Source of the DNA: Mobula hypostoma
Taxonomy: Eukaryota
Length of the DNA: 64,000 nt
Reading direction: 5' to 3'
Assembly: GCF_963921235.1 (NCBI RefSeq)
Contig: NC_086109.1
Location: 26,972,001 to 27,036,000 of the forward strand
Shown: piece by piece, positions 37,284 through 49,707 of the stretch
Layout of the letters: every line of letters starts with the position of its first letter
Position numbering within the stretch: the first letter of the stretch is position 1
The notes under the pieces: model-generated
Seen by the model: the letters and a program-made list of their open reading frames with translations, nothing else
The model's database searches: none
Told to the model about the DNA's origin: nothing
Position numbers and translations under genes: made by a program

Positions 37284-38075
37284 TGTTGTGAATGATCAAA
37301 ATCACTGGAGAGACACTGAAGCTGGTGATATAGAGTCTATTTGTCACAACAAGCAGCCATCATTCTAGAGCTGCTCACGGTTGATGCTCATAACCCAATA
37401 ATACATCACATTTTTTATACCCTTAAGATCATAGTTTACAGTGGGTGATACAATACAATTTAAATATTTACAATAACATTATAATAACCATTAAAATAGT
37501 TAACGTTTAAATGGTTACAATACTTTAGGTTGAGAACTGGCTCTTTCGAGGTACATATTTACAGTGGAAGCACATTGTAATTGATAAGACATCTCTGAAG
37601 GTTCAAATGCCTTCGTTGGGAGAAAATAATTGGCACAGATATTCTAAAAACTTCTAACAACAGAGAACCAGATAAATCCCATGTCCTGACGAAGGGTCTC
37701 GGCCTGAAACGTCGACTGCGCCTCTTCCTATAGATGCTGCCTGGCCTGCTGCGTTCACCAGCAACTTTGATGTATGTTGCTTGAATTTCCAGCATCTGCA
37801 GAATTCCTGTTGTTTGCGTTTAAATCCCATAATTATCTGGATTCATGCAGGCTATTTAACACTACCCCATTTTCTCAATGTTTGGCTGATACATATGTAA
37901 TCTCTTGGTCTGTAGACCATTTTAACTTCAATTTACTGCTTTCAATTTACAATAACAGTGAAAGGCTAATTGCAAGTTTCCTGAACTTATTTCCATTTAT
38001 GATAAGAACTGAAGACTGGTTCTTGATTGAATTAATATCTGCTATATTTACATAACTCCAGAGATCTCCCTAACA
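37284..38075 (-). repeat. 3' LTR of the ERV-like element (contains a PLE insertion)
   Basis: Plus-strand TGTTG...TAACA termini, PPT at 38076-38087, reverse TATA (ttttatac ~37413). Confidence 0.7.
37683..37820 (+). mobile_element. Mini PLE beginning exactly at an intact hammerhead (37683-37716), 10-bp TSD
   Basis: TSD taaatcccat at 37673-37682 and 37821-37830; gtc-CTGACGA-AGG-gtctcgg-CCT-GAAA-c-GTC^-gac. Confidence 0.88.
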
Positions 38076-40488
38076 TACCCTCCTCTTGGCCCCTGGACAT
38101 AAATATGTCCCAGGAAGGTCAAAAATTGGGAAGTATCTAATTAAAAAGGCAGCAAAAATATCCCTCCCTTTGGATCCCTTCCCCAACTAATAACTTATCA
38201 TGTTCTTATATATCTACATCTACCCTATCCATCATCCCTAATTGGCCATCTGCGAAGCTAAGGAGAGATAGCAATAAACCATTCCAGAAATTTGATTAAA
38301 TCTGTTCTTGGACACATTTGTCTTCTCAATTTCAATTAGTCTTTAAAATGCAACTTTGTCAATCATATGCTTCTTGCCTCCTTCCCTGCTGGCCGATTGC
38401 ACTTTCACCACATCCTTCTCTTCACCGTTTCAATGTCAGATAACCAATACTAGCAGACATAACTGTCGGTAGTTACTGTGTGGACAGGGGGCCCCAGCAA
38501 AGTAACGTAGTTATTGTCACAGGCAACAGTTTACATTCTGTGCCATGACAGAAGATTATCAGAATACTGTATCTTGACAACCAGTCTTTTTGATCGATCT
38601 ACAGGAGGGTTAGTGCTGGTCTCTTATTTGATGGCTGCAAGAACCTGACCCCAGTGGCGAACACCTGGTCTGTCCTTTTGATCACTGGCCTGATCACTGA
38701 AAGGACCTAGCTCATTTATTTCACTCCCATTCAGGCTGGGGTGGCTGCCTTTATATGCTCTGTGCATTTGCTTATCTTTCTTGGTTTGTAGAACTTGATG
38801 TCTCTGCCATACCTTGGATCGCTTCCCATCTATTTTCACCAATATCTTTCTATTCTGATCTATATAACTAACCACCTACCTCCCAGTAGCAGCCTTCATT
38901 CCAAAGTACCAACACCATTCTATTGTAAAATGTTATTCACACTCTCTCTGTCTTTTACATTAGCATTCCCATTCCTTTTCATTCTCAGGCCTACTTCAAT
39001 CTGGAATTTGATTGTCATTATGTAATTTCCTGTAATGTGATTGTTAGTGGGCTGACACACTTGGTCTCCATTCTCTTTCTGGTTCTCTAGGGTCAGCAAT
39101 GGTGAACACCTTTGCATTTTACCAAACACATGCTGAACTTCAAGCACATTCTAGGAGACCAGAATAACCTGAATTCTGGCTACTTGTTTGCATTTTATGA
39201 GACACACACTTTGACTATGTCTCAACTTTGCAAAGTTAATTCCAAAAGAACTAAAACTCAGTTTATCGTCAGTGCATTGACAATACCAATTATATATTTT
39301 AATCATATGGAGTATTCTTGTTAAGGAAAGCAATGTTTTGGTTCACTCCTCAAGTGTTCCACCAATCTCCCAACAAAAGCATAAATTTCAAATTCACAAT
39401 TTGAGTATAGACAAATCACCAATTTCCCAAAATGCCAACGTTTTCTAGAATGTAGGAATCTTGTATCTAGAATAGAGATATTCACATTTCCATTACCTTA
39501 ACCTTGATTCCACATGACCAGTGCAGAATCTAGGTTTCTTTCTCTCCACTATTCATTCCAAAGCAAAGAAATAAATGCATACAAACTTAAACACAGATAA
39601 GACAAAACAAAACTCAATGCTTGCACTTTTCTTCCTTCTGCGGCTTCACAAATAAATTGAAAAAAGTGATTGGAATAAATATTTAATACACAATAAACAC
39701 ATTGCAAAGAACAAAGGAAAAGAAAAGATCAGTGGATGGAGTCTCTGGACATGTACATTCATGTAGAGACTTCCAAAGAAGACATCCTGCAAATTCATTT
39801 CACATAAAGTTACAGAATCTTCCTCTTGGATTAATTCAAACATCTTTCCAATATAGATTTAACAAACACATGACAGACTTTACACTCACTTAAGCATATC
39901 TCCTTTTCACTCTTAAGTGAAGTCACATGTGGCTACACCTCTAGCAACATTCATATTTTAGTTAGTTTTTCTCAAGGGCTAAACATTCAGCCAGACATCC
40001 TAAAACACACTTTCACAACCACCTTCCAGAATCTTAGACCTTAAGACTTTGAAGCTAAGAATTCTGGAAACTACTGGTCATGAACAAACAAATATTCAAC
40101 CATCCCCACATCAACCAAAATTCCAACGTCTTCTGAGATTTCTCAAATTTAGGTCTCTGATCTATAGAATTCTGATTATGTGACCTGTTCGTCTCGCAGG
40201 CTTGGATAATGTGTTCCATTTCAGAACAACCACCTTTAGTCCAGACCTTTGCTTCCACTTCGTGCATGTGGGTTTTTGTGATTCTCCTGCTTTAATTGGG
40301 TCCATTCTTACTGGTTCAGAATCTTGTTTGTGTTCAGCCCATAACCCTGGGATCTCTTGATATAATCTACATACATCATTGCGGCTCCAGTCCCTGGTCA
40401 TCAGGGCTGCTGTGGCCACGTTGTCGGTTTTGTGAATCTCATATGTTTACTGAGCTGACTTGTCCATGTACTCTGTTCCATCCTGAAT

Positions 40489-40719
40489 CTATGCAGCACC
40501 TGCCTTAGTAAGTGCATCAATCCCCATAATAGTACCTTCATTGTTTAGGCATACCCAGAAATCCGCTGGAAAACACATTCGCTGTATCTCATGTACCTGA
40601 AGCTCATCTTTATTTTCCCTCATTGTTTTCCCCCCAACACCTGTAAGATAAATAGCCTTCCCACTCATGGGCAAGGGTAAGTCAGATATAGATACTGAAT
40701 CTCCTGTGTCCAGTAACAT
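40489..40719 (-). pseudogene. Retroviral-type aspartic protease remnant
   Basis: LLDTG catalytic motif, GVGG flap, IMGID C-terminal motif. Confidence 0.8.
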
Positions 40720-41438
40720 ACTGTATTGCTTGACCCCATTAGAGCACTTGTATACATCTGTAGAAGACCAGTACTGGCAAAGGGAGCTGTCAATAGCTGC
40801 TTGTCTGACTTGGATGCTGTCTTTACTAATTCTATAATCTGGTCAGCAGTCAATGTGTTTGGGTAGAGAAGGTTCTGATGTGGTTTCTGCATGTCTTGTT
40901 GGGTGACTATCACACCTTGTTCCTTCTTGGGATGTTACTGCTGACCATGGCCTGAGAGGCCACAGCTGTACCAAACCATTGTCGTTGCCTTTCTATGTCT
41001 TTTCTGGCAGTTCTTTGCCAGGTGCCCTGGGCAGTGACCAACAAAGTAAAATCCCTCTGTCTTCACAGCACTTACATCTGCTACAGCCACCTTACAACCC
41101 CTCTTCCCTCTCCTTCAATCTTTTTCCGCGACCCATGAAACTATTGTGAAGTTGATGAATCCCTCGGATATCCTCAAGTCTAAAACTTCCTGTTGGACTG
41201 AACTCACTCCTTCCTTAACCATTTTCAGGAAAACTGGATAATCCCTCCACAGATTGCCCAGTCCTGAGTATTCCTCATTGGCTTGGTATTTTTGCTCTGC
41301 ATAGTCAATGGTGGGTTCATTCACTTTCTAAGTAACTAACATATCACTCTCCAGTTACTCTCACCGCCTCTCAGATGCTGCCTCACTTTTTCCTTAAAAT
41401 GCTAACACCTCTCCACGTTACTGGTATTCCCATTAGTT

Positions 41439-41813
41439 CCACCATTCATCTTCACCATTTCCCATTCCCATTTCCCTCTCTCACCTTGTCTCCTTACCTG
41501 CCCATCACCTCCCTCTGTTGCTCCTCCCCCTTCCCTTTCTTCCATGGCCTTCTGTCCTCTCCCATCAGATTCCCCCTTCTCCAGCTCTTTATCTCTTTCA
41601 TCAATCAACTTCCCAGCTCTTTACTTTACTCCTCCCTCTCACCCTGTTTCACCTATCACCTTCTACCTTGTATTTTTCCTCCTCCCCGCCAGATTTTTAC
41701 TCTGACTTCTCATCTTTTTTTTCCAGTCCTGATTAAGGGTCTTGGCCTGAAAAGTTGACTTGTTTACTCTTTTCCATAGCTGCTGCCTGGCCTGCTGAGT
41801 TCCTCCAGCGTGG
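41439..41813 (+). mobile_element. PLE 3' fragment inserted in the ERV gag, 13-bp TSD
   Basis: TSD attcccattagtt at 41426-41438 and 41814-41826; pyrimidine-rich UTR and degenerate hammerhead (agtcctgattaagggtcttggcctgaaaagttgact). Confidence 0.85.
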
Positions 41814-42949
41814 ATTCCCATTAGTTGTCCATGTTCCATCCGGCACAACTGGGGTCATTCTGTCCCACGTATTTCACAGGCAGTTAGCTTTAACCAATAT
41901 GTGTATGGCTTTGAGTGAATCAGGTGGACTGTGATCAGTTCTTCCAACGTAGGCCAAAATTCTGCATTGCCACTCTCAACTCTAAGTGAGGGCAATTCAG
42001 ATAGAATGCAGTGCTTTTACCCTGGGAGGAGGGCCTGTGGATGATAGTGGTGAGTGTGAGAGGCTGGCTGGAATCATTAGGGTTTTGAGCTTGCCATTGC
42101 CTGGTCTCTACAGGTACAATTATCCCATTTGCTTCTCATTCAGCACGGGTCACTGACATTTCAGTATGGTTCTAATTGTTCTGCCTGTTTTTCACCCAAG
42201 TCTGTCTGTCTCTCTCTCTCTCATGTTCTAACCGCTCCTTCAATCTTGTACACTGTCTTGCTGTCCCCTGTATTCATCTCTTCTGTAGCTCTACTATCTG
42301 TATGATTCCGGATACTTTGTTCTCTCTCATGAATACACATGTGGCTGCTGCTTTACAGTATCTCTCTTCCTCTTTGATTGGTGTTTCCACCTGCTACCAA
42401 TGTTTCTCCAGGTTCCAGGTCTTAACCTATTCAGCTTTATTTATTTCCTGTTCAACCTTCTGAAGTTTATGGAGTGAGTTTATACTTAGTGAATTCTCCC
42501 CTGTTCAAAATTATGCCCATGATGTTGCTATATGCCTTTTATAGCATATATGCTATTGCTATATTGCTACATTTATACTCTATTCTTGGTTGGTGCAACT
42601 GTAACGAAACCCAATTTCCCTTGGGATCAATAAAGTATGTCCATGTCTATGTCTATGTCTATGTTATGTAGAAAGTTAAGTATTTCTGCACGATCACCAT
42701 CTTAGGCTCTGATTCTCAAATTTTCCGATAGACAGTCAGACACACATAAAACATTCACCAACCAAATGAATACTGTATATACGCATCCTCTGGTGCCCTG
42801 AACAGTATCTCAGTAGTGTTCTCAGAGGCCACACTACTTTTAATCCATTGCCTACCCAACAAGTATACACACACCCTCTGGCATTCCAAACAGTCTGCAA
42901 CCACCTTTCGCAACTGGTGGCCTTGTCTCGACAAACTACCTTTGTGGTA

Positions 42950-44062
42950 CGTCAAAGGTCTACATCAGACATTTTATATGGGAGATTGGTCCAAAAGGTT
43001 AGGGTTATGGGATCCAATGCAAGTTGGCAAACAGGATCCAAAATTAGATTGGTAAAAGTGGGCAACAGATGACAATGGAAGTTTATTTTTATGATTAAAA
43101 GCCCCTGACTGGTGCTGTACCAGGGATATCACTGCTGGAATTTTTGTTGATTATTATCTACATTAGAAATTGGATTATGACCAGAGGAAATATGATTATG
43201 AAGATAACAGATGACATAACAATTTTGGTGGTGTTGTTGTTGGCAGGGAGGTCACTGTAGGCCGATTCTGATGAGTTTGATGAGATCAATGGAAGATGGA
43301 ATTTAGTCATGATGAATGTGAGGTGATGCATTTCTGGAGAAGTAATAAGTCAAGTACATACACAATGAATAGTAAGATCTTAGGGAGTGCTGAGCAACAG
43401 AGGGATCTTAGTGTACAAGTCCAAAGATTCTCATCCTCATAAGTTTGTGCATAAAATATAAGAGCAAGGATGTCATGACATAGCTTTGTAAAAAGCTAGG
43501 CCACAGCTAGAGAACTATGCACAATGCTAGGCACTACATTATGGGATCCAAATGGAGATTTATTTCTCACATGTATATGGAAACATACAGTGAAATGCAT
43601 CATTTGCATGAGCAGCCAACACACCCAAGGAGTTGCTGGGGGCAGTCCGCAAGTGTTGCCCCACGTCCTGGCACAGAATGCCATCATTATACTGGAGGTA
43701 TTCATAGGATATTCACCTGGTTGTTGCTTGGTATAGGATGCTCCAGTTATGAAGAGAGACTAGATACATTCTGAATTGTTTTCCTTTCAGCTGAAAGGGC
43801 TGAGGCTGACATGGTGAAACTATAAAAAATTATGAGAACTGCACAGATAGAGTAGATAATTTTAAAAAAACTTTTCCCTTTGACAGAGGGAACTAAAATA
43901 AGAGGGCAGTGGTTTCATTAGAGGCTGATTGGAATCTGCAACATGCTACCTACTGGCAGAGACTCTCAGAACCTTTAAGTATGTTGATAAACATTTGAAT
44001 TGCCAAGCTTAGAAGGCAATGGGCCATGTGCTGGAAAATAGGATTAGTATAGTTAGCTACTT
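42950..44062 (+). mobile_element. Old CR1 LINE fragment (tail continues at 45211-45285); contains a SINE piece at ~43550-43690
   Basis: GRLVQKVR.MG, decayed ADD region, atggaatttagt..aatgtgaggtgatgcattt. Confidence 0.75.
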
Positions 44063-45210
44063 CATTGCTGTGACTTTAGTTCAGCATTCAATACTGTGAT
44101 CGCCTCCAAGCTGATTGCCAAACTTCGCCAGCTTGGTATCAGCTCATCCCCCTCAACTGGACCTTGAACTTTCTGACTAACAGACTCCAATCAGTTAAGT
44201 TAGACAACCTCTCCTCCTCCACTCTCACTCTAAACACTGGTGTGCCTCAAGGCTGTGTGCTGAGCCCTCTTCTGTACTCCCTTTTCACCTATGACTGCGT
44301 TCCTGTACATGGTTCTAACTCCATAATCAGGTTCGCAGACAACACCATGGTGGTCGGCCTGATCAGAGGGGATGACAAGGCGGCCTACAGGGATGAGGTC
44401 CAGCACCTGGCCGCGTGGTGTGCGGACAACAGCCTGGCCCTTAACACCCAGAAGACCAAGGAGATCATTGTGGACTTCAGGCATGCTAGGAGCCACACTC
44501 ACGTCCCCCTCTACATCAACAGAGCTGTAGTGGAGCATGTATCAAGCTTCAAATTCCTTGGTGTCCACTTTTCCGAGGATCTCACCTGGTCCCTGAACTC
44601 CTCCATCCTGATCAAAAAGACGCAACAGCGCCTTTATTTCCTGTGGAGCATCAAGAAAGCTCACCTCTGTCCCAGGATACTGACGGACTTTTACCGCAGT
44701 GCCATTGAGAGCATACTCACCAACTGCATCTCAGTGTGATGTGGCAATTGTCCCGTATCGGACCACAAAGCACTCCAGCGTGTGGTGAAAACTGCCCAGC
44801 GGATTATCAGCACCCAATTGCCCACCATTGAGAATATCTACCATAAGCGCTGCCTGGGCAGGGTGAAAAGCATTATCAAGGATGCATCTCACTCTAACCA
44901 TGGATTTTTTTCTCTCCTCCCATCCGGTAGGCGATACAGGAGCCTCCGCTCCCCCACCAGCAGGCACAGGAAGAGCTTCTTCCCTGAGGCTGTGACCCTG
45001 CTGAACTTCTCATCACAGCGATAAACATTATTGCACCCATATTGTAATGTCTCAGTACTTTTATATTTGTGTGCTGTAGCACTTACTTTTTATTCGCAGC
45101 TATTTTGTAAATAACACTATTCTTTGCACTTCTGGTTAGATGCTAACTGCATTTCATTGGCTTTGTATCTGGACTCGGCACAATGACAATAAAGTTGAAT
45201 CTAATCTAAT
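44063..45210 (+). mobile_element. Rex1/Babar LINE, 5'-truncated, relatively young
   Basis: LNTGVPQGCVLSPLLYSLFTYDC..RFADNT..ALNTQKTKEIIVDFR; tail aataaagttgaatctaatctaat; possible TSD ctactt at 44057-44062 and 45211-45216. Confidence 0.92.
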
Positions 45211-45750
45211 CTACTTGGTAGTCAGCATGGAAATGTTGGGCCAAAGGGTCTGCTTCTGTGCTATCTATTTCTACAGCTCTATAGCTTGTCTTGATTGTCA
45301 CTTATGTGATGATTTAGAATTTCGAGAGACTCTGCTAAGAAATTGCTAGGCAAATACTGTATTGTAAAATATATTTTGATTCCCATCCTCTCTCTTCCTG
45401 AAGGTGCAGAATCTTAGAACGTATTGTTTTTGCTCATATAATTCCCAGCTGGTCGTTCTTCATAGACAGTTGGCAGGTTGCTGGATTGGCAAGCACATCA
45501 TTTTTAGAGACTATTTTCATCCAGCAACTACACATAGTTATTCTTGCTGAAGTATGGGTAGGTAATTGTGAGATGACTGATTTTTAGTTTTTAACTTCCC
45601 ACTGCTGTTTTGGCTTAGGTCAACAAAATCAGTAAAATCATGACAGCACCTACCAGACCACTGTCTGTCAAGCTTTACTAAGATCCATCAGGAGAGAAGG
45701 GAGCTGAGTACATCTTAAAGGATTCTGACACTAAATTAAAAAATATGAGG

Positions 45751-45817
45751 CAAACAACAGGAATTCTGCAGATGCTGGAAATTCAAGCAACACACATAAA
45801 AATTTTATTTGTGTTGC
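45751..45817. mobile_element. 67-bp PLE terminal hairpin insertion, 14-bp TSD
   Basis: TSD taaaaaatatgagg at 45737-45750 and 45818-45831; gcaacacacataaaa / ttttatttgtgttgc hairpin. Confidence 0.85.
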
Positions 45818-46636
45818 TAAAAAATATGAGGAGTGGCTTAATGAAGTATTAGCTGTGACTTTGTGTATAACATTATATGACAAATCATGTTTATGTCTGC
45901 TATTCTCCAGAAAAGGGAATGCCAGCACATTGGGAAAGAGAGGAAACACCAAATCAAACTTTGTTTATCCAGAAAAAGAAAAATCTGCTTTTACCAAACA
46001 GCCACCTAATAAGTAGTGGTAGCAACCTGCTTTGATCTGACCTGGTGATTCAAGGGCAAGTCTAAAAGTTTTGTGAGGGTACCATCGCCTTCACAATTTA
46101 AAGTAAATTTATTATCAAAGCTCATGCATGTCACCATATGCAACCCTGAGATTCATTTTCTTGCGGCAGACTCAATAAACCCAATACTTTTAATAGAATC
46201 AATGAAAGACTCCACCAACAAGGCAGACAAACAATGTGCAAAAGACAACCAACTCTGTAAACTAAAAAGAAATAAAAATAATAAATAAATAAGCAATAAA
46301 TATCAAGAACATGAGTAATGAAGTGTCCTTGAAAGTAACTCCATAGGTTTTGGGAAAAGTTCAGTGATGGGGCAAGTAAAGTTGAGTGAAATTATCCCCT
46401 CTGGTTCAAAAGCCTGATGGTTGAGGGGCAATTACTGTTCCTGAACCTGGTGGTGTGAGTCTGGAGGCTCCTATACCTTCTTCCTGATGGCAGTGGTGAG
46501 AGAAGAGCATGACCTGGGTGATGGAGGTTCCTGATGGTGGACAACAGGAATTCTGCAGATGCTGGAAATTCAAGCAAAACGCATAAAAGTTGCTGGTGAA
46601 CGCAACAGGCCAGGCAGCATCTCTAGGAAGAGGTGC

Positions 46637-46672
46637 AGTCGACGTTTCAGGCCGAGACCCTTCGTCAGGACT
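46637..46672 (-). ncRNA. Minimal type I hammerhead ribozyme, intact core
   Basis: Minus strand: AGTC-CTGACGA-AGG-gtctcgg-CCT-GAAA-c-GTC^-GACT. Confidence 0.83.
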
Positions 46673-46967
46673 AACTGAAGGAAGAGTGAGTAAGGGATTT
46701 GAAAGTTGGAGGGGGAGTGGGAGATCCAAAATGATAGGAGAAGACAGGAGGGGGAGGGATGGAGCCAAGAGCTGGACAGGTGATAGGCAAAAGGGATACG
46801 AGAGAATCATGGGACAGGAGGTCCGGGAAGAAAGACAAGGGGGTGGGGGGGACCCAGAGGATGGGCAAAGGGTATATTCAGAGGGACAGAGGGAGAAAAG
46901 GAGAGTAAGAGAAAGAATGTGTGTATAAAAATAAGTAACAGATGGGGTACGAGGGGGAGGTGGGGCA

Positions 46968-48803
46968 TTAGCGGAAATTAGAGAAGTCGAAGTTCATGCC
47001 ATCAGGTTGGAGGCTACCCAGACGGAATATAAGGTGTTGTTCCTCCAGCCTTAGTGTGGCTTCATTTTTACAGTAGAGGAGGCCATGGATAGATATATCA
47101 GAATGGGATGTGAAATTGAAATGTGTGGCCACTGGGAGATCCTGCTTTCTCCGGCAGACAGAGCGTAGGTGTTCAGTAAAGCGGTCTCCCAGTCTGCGTC
47201 GGGTCTCACCAATATATAAAAGGCCACATCGGGAGCACCGGACGCAGTATATCACCCCAGCCGACTCACAGGTGAAGTGTTGCCTCACCTGGAAGGACTG
47301 TCTGGGGCCCTGAATGGTGGTAAGGGAGGAAGTGTAAGGGCATGTGTAGCACTTGTTCCGCTTACACGGATAAGTGCCAGGAGGGAGATCAGTGGGGAGG
47401 GATGGAGGGGACGAATAGACAAGGGAGTTGCGTAGGGAGCGATCCCTGCGGAATGCAGAGAGAGGGGGGGAGGGAAAGATGTGCTTAGTGGTGGGATCCC
47501 GTTGGAGGTGGCGGAAGTTACGGAGAATAATATGTTGGACCCGGAGGCTGGTGGGGTGGTAGGTGAGGACCAGGGGAACCCTATTCCTAGTGGGGTGGCG
47601 GGAGGATGGAGTGAGAGCAGATGTACGTGAAATGGGGGAGATGTGTTTAAGAGCAGAGTTGATAGTGGAGGAAGGGAAGCCCCTTTCTTTATAAAAGGAA
47701 GACATCTCCCTCGTCCTAGAATGAAAAGCCTCATCCTGAGAGCAGATGCGACGGAGACGGAGGAATTGCGAGAAGGGGATGGCGTTTTTGCAAGAGACAG
47801 GGTGAGAAGAGGAATAGTCCAGATAGCTGTGAGAGTCAGTAGGCTTATAGTAGACATCAGTGGATAAGCTGTCTCCAGAGACTGAGACAGAAAGATCTAG
47901 AAAGGGGAGGGAGGTGTCGGAAATGGACTAGGTAAACTTGAGGGCAGGGTGAAAGTTGGAGGCAAAGTTAGTAAAGTCAACGAGCTCTGCATGCGTGCAG
48001 GAAGCAGCGCCAATGCAGTCGTCGATGTAGCGAAGGAAAAGTGGGGGACAGATACCAGAATAGGCACAGAACATAGATTGGTCCACAAAGCCAACAAGAA
48101 GGCAGGCATAGCTAGGACCCATACGGGCGCCCATAGCTACACCTTTAGTTTGGAGGAAGTGGGAGGAGCCAAAGGAGAAATTATTAAGAGTAAGGACTAA
48201 TTCCGCTAGACGGAGCAGAGTGGTGGTGGAGGGGAACTGATTAGGTCTGGAATCCAAAAAGAAGCGTAGAGCTTTGAGACCTTCCTGATGGGGGATGGAA
48301 GTATATAGGGACTGGACATCCATGGTGAAAGTAAAGCAGTGGGGGCCAGGGAACTTAAAATCATCGAAAAGTTTAAGAGTGTGAGAAGTGTCACGAACAT
48401 AGGTAGGAAGGGATTGAACAAGTGGGGATAAAACCGTGTCGAGGTATGCAGAAACGAGTTCGGTGGGGCAGGAGCAAGCTGAGACAATAGGTCGGCCAGG
48501 ACAGGCAGATTTGTGGATCTTGGGTAGGAGGTAGAAACGGGAAGTGCGAGGTGTGGGAACTATAAGGTTGGTAGCAGTGGATGGGAGATCCCCTGAGCGG
48601 ATAAAGTCGGTGATGGTGTAGGAGACAATGGCCTGGTGCTCCTTAGTGGGGTCATGATCAAGGGGTAAATAAGAGGAGGTATCCGCGAGTTGCCGTTGTG
48701 CCTCGGCAAGGTAGAGGTCAGTACACCAGACTACAACAGCACCCCACTTATCGGCGGGTTTAATAATAAGGTTAGGATTAGTGCGGAGGGAGTGGAGAGC
48801 AGA
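46968..48803 (-). pseudogene. PLE reverse transcriptase-GIY-YIG endonuclease ORF, 5'-truncated, one in-frame stop
   Basis: One frame: IIKPADK, YLLPKIHK..GRPIVS, MDVQSLYTSIPH, QTKGVAMG, RYIDD, then TAG at 47928-47930, FLDL, YYKPT, CKRNKCYTC linker, VIYCVRCSRCGLLYIGET..RFTEH. Confidence 0.93.
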
Positions 48804-49671
48804 GCCAATATATTATTCTCAGTAACTTCCGCCACCTCCAACGGGATCCCACCACTAAGCACATCTTTCCCTCCCCCCTCTCTCTGCATTCCGCAGGGAT
48901 CGCTCCCTACGCAACTCCCTTGTCCATTCGTCCCCCCCATCCCTCCCCACTGATCTCCCTCCTGGTACTTATCCATGTAAGCGGAACAAGTGCTACACAT
49001 GCCCTTACACTTCCTCCCTTACCACCATTCAGGGCCCCAAACAGTCCTTCCAGGTGAGGCATCACTTCACCTGTGAGTCGACTGGGATGATATACTGCGT
49101 CCGGTGCTCCCGATGTGGCCTTTTATATATTGGTGAGACCCGACGCAGACTGGGAGACCGCTTTGCTGAACATCTACGCTCTGTCCGCCAGAGAAAGCAG
49201 GATCTCCCAGTGGCCACACATTTTAATTCCACATCCCATTCCCATTCTGACATGTCTGTCCACGGCCTCCTCTACTGTGGAGATGAAGCCACACTCAGGT
49301 TGGAGGAACAACACCTTATATTCCGTCTGGGTAGCCTCCAACCTGATGGCATGAACATCGACTTCTCTAACTTCCGCTAAGGCCCCACCTCCCCCTCATA
49401 CCCCATCTGTTACTTATTTTTATACACACATTCTTTCTCTTACTCTCCCTTTTCTCCCTCTGTCCCTCTGAATATACCCCTTGCCCATCCTCTGGGTCCC
49501 CCCCCTTGTCTTTCTTCCCAGACCTCCTGTCCCATGATCCTCTCGTATCCCTTTTGCCTATCACCTGTCCAGCTCTTGGCTCCATCCCTCCCCCTCCTGT
49601 CTTCTCCTATCATTTTGGATCTCCCCCTCCCTCTCCAACTTTCAAATCCCTTACTCACTCTTCCTTCAGTT

Positions 49672-49707
49672 AGTCCTGACGAAGGGTCTCGGCCTGAAAC
49701 GTCAACT
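49672..49707 (+). ncRNA. Minimal hammerhead ribozyme, one stem I mismatch
   Basis: AGTC-CTGACGA-AGG-gtctcgg-CCT-GAAA-c-GTC^-AACT (G>A at 49704). Confidence 0.75.

Larger units (their letters stand above)
37284..42940 (-). mobile_element. Deleted ERV-like LTR retroelement (gag-pro, RT N-terminal remnant, 3' LTR), 5' end lost
   Basis: Two decayed CCHC knuckles (C..CPGHLAKNC; WYSCGLSGH) ~40940-41050; protease LLDTG..GVGG..IMGIDAL (40489..40719); IPGLWAEHKQD..PI resembling a retroviral RT start; polypurine tract aagaggagggta abutting the LTR. 5' boundary approximate. Confidence 0.75.
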
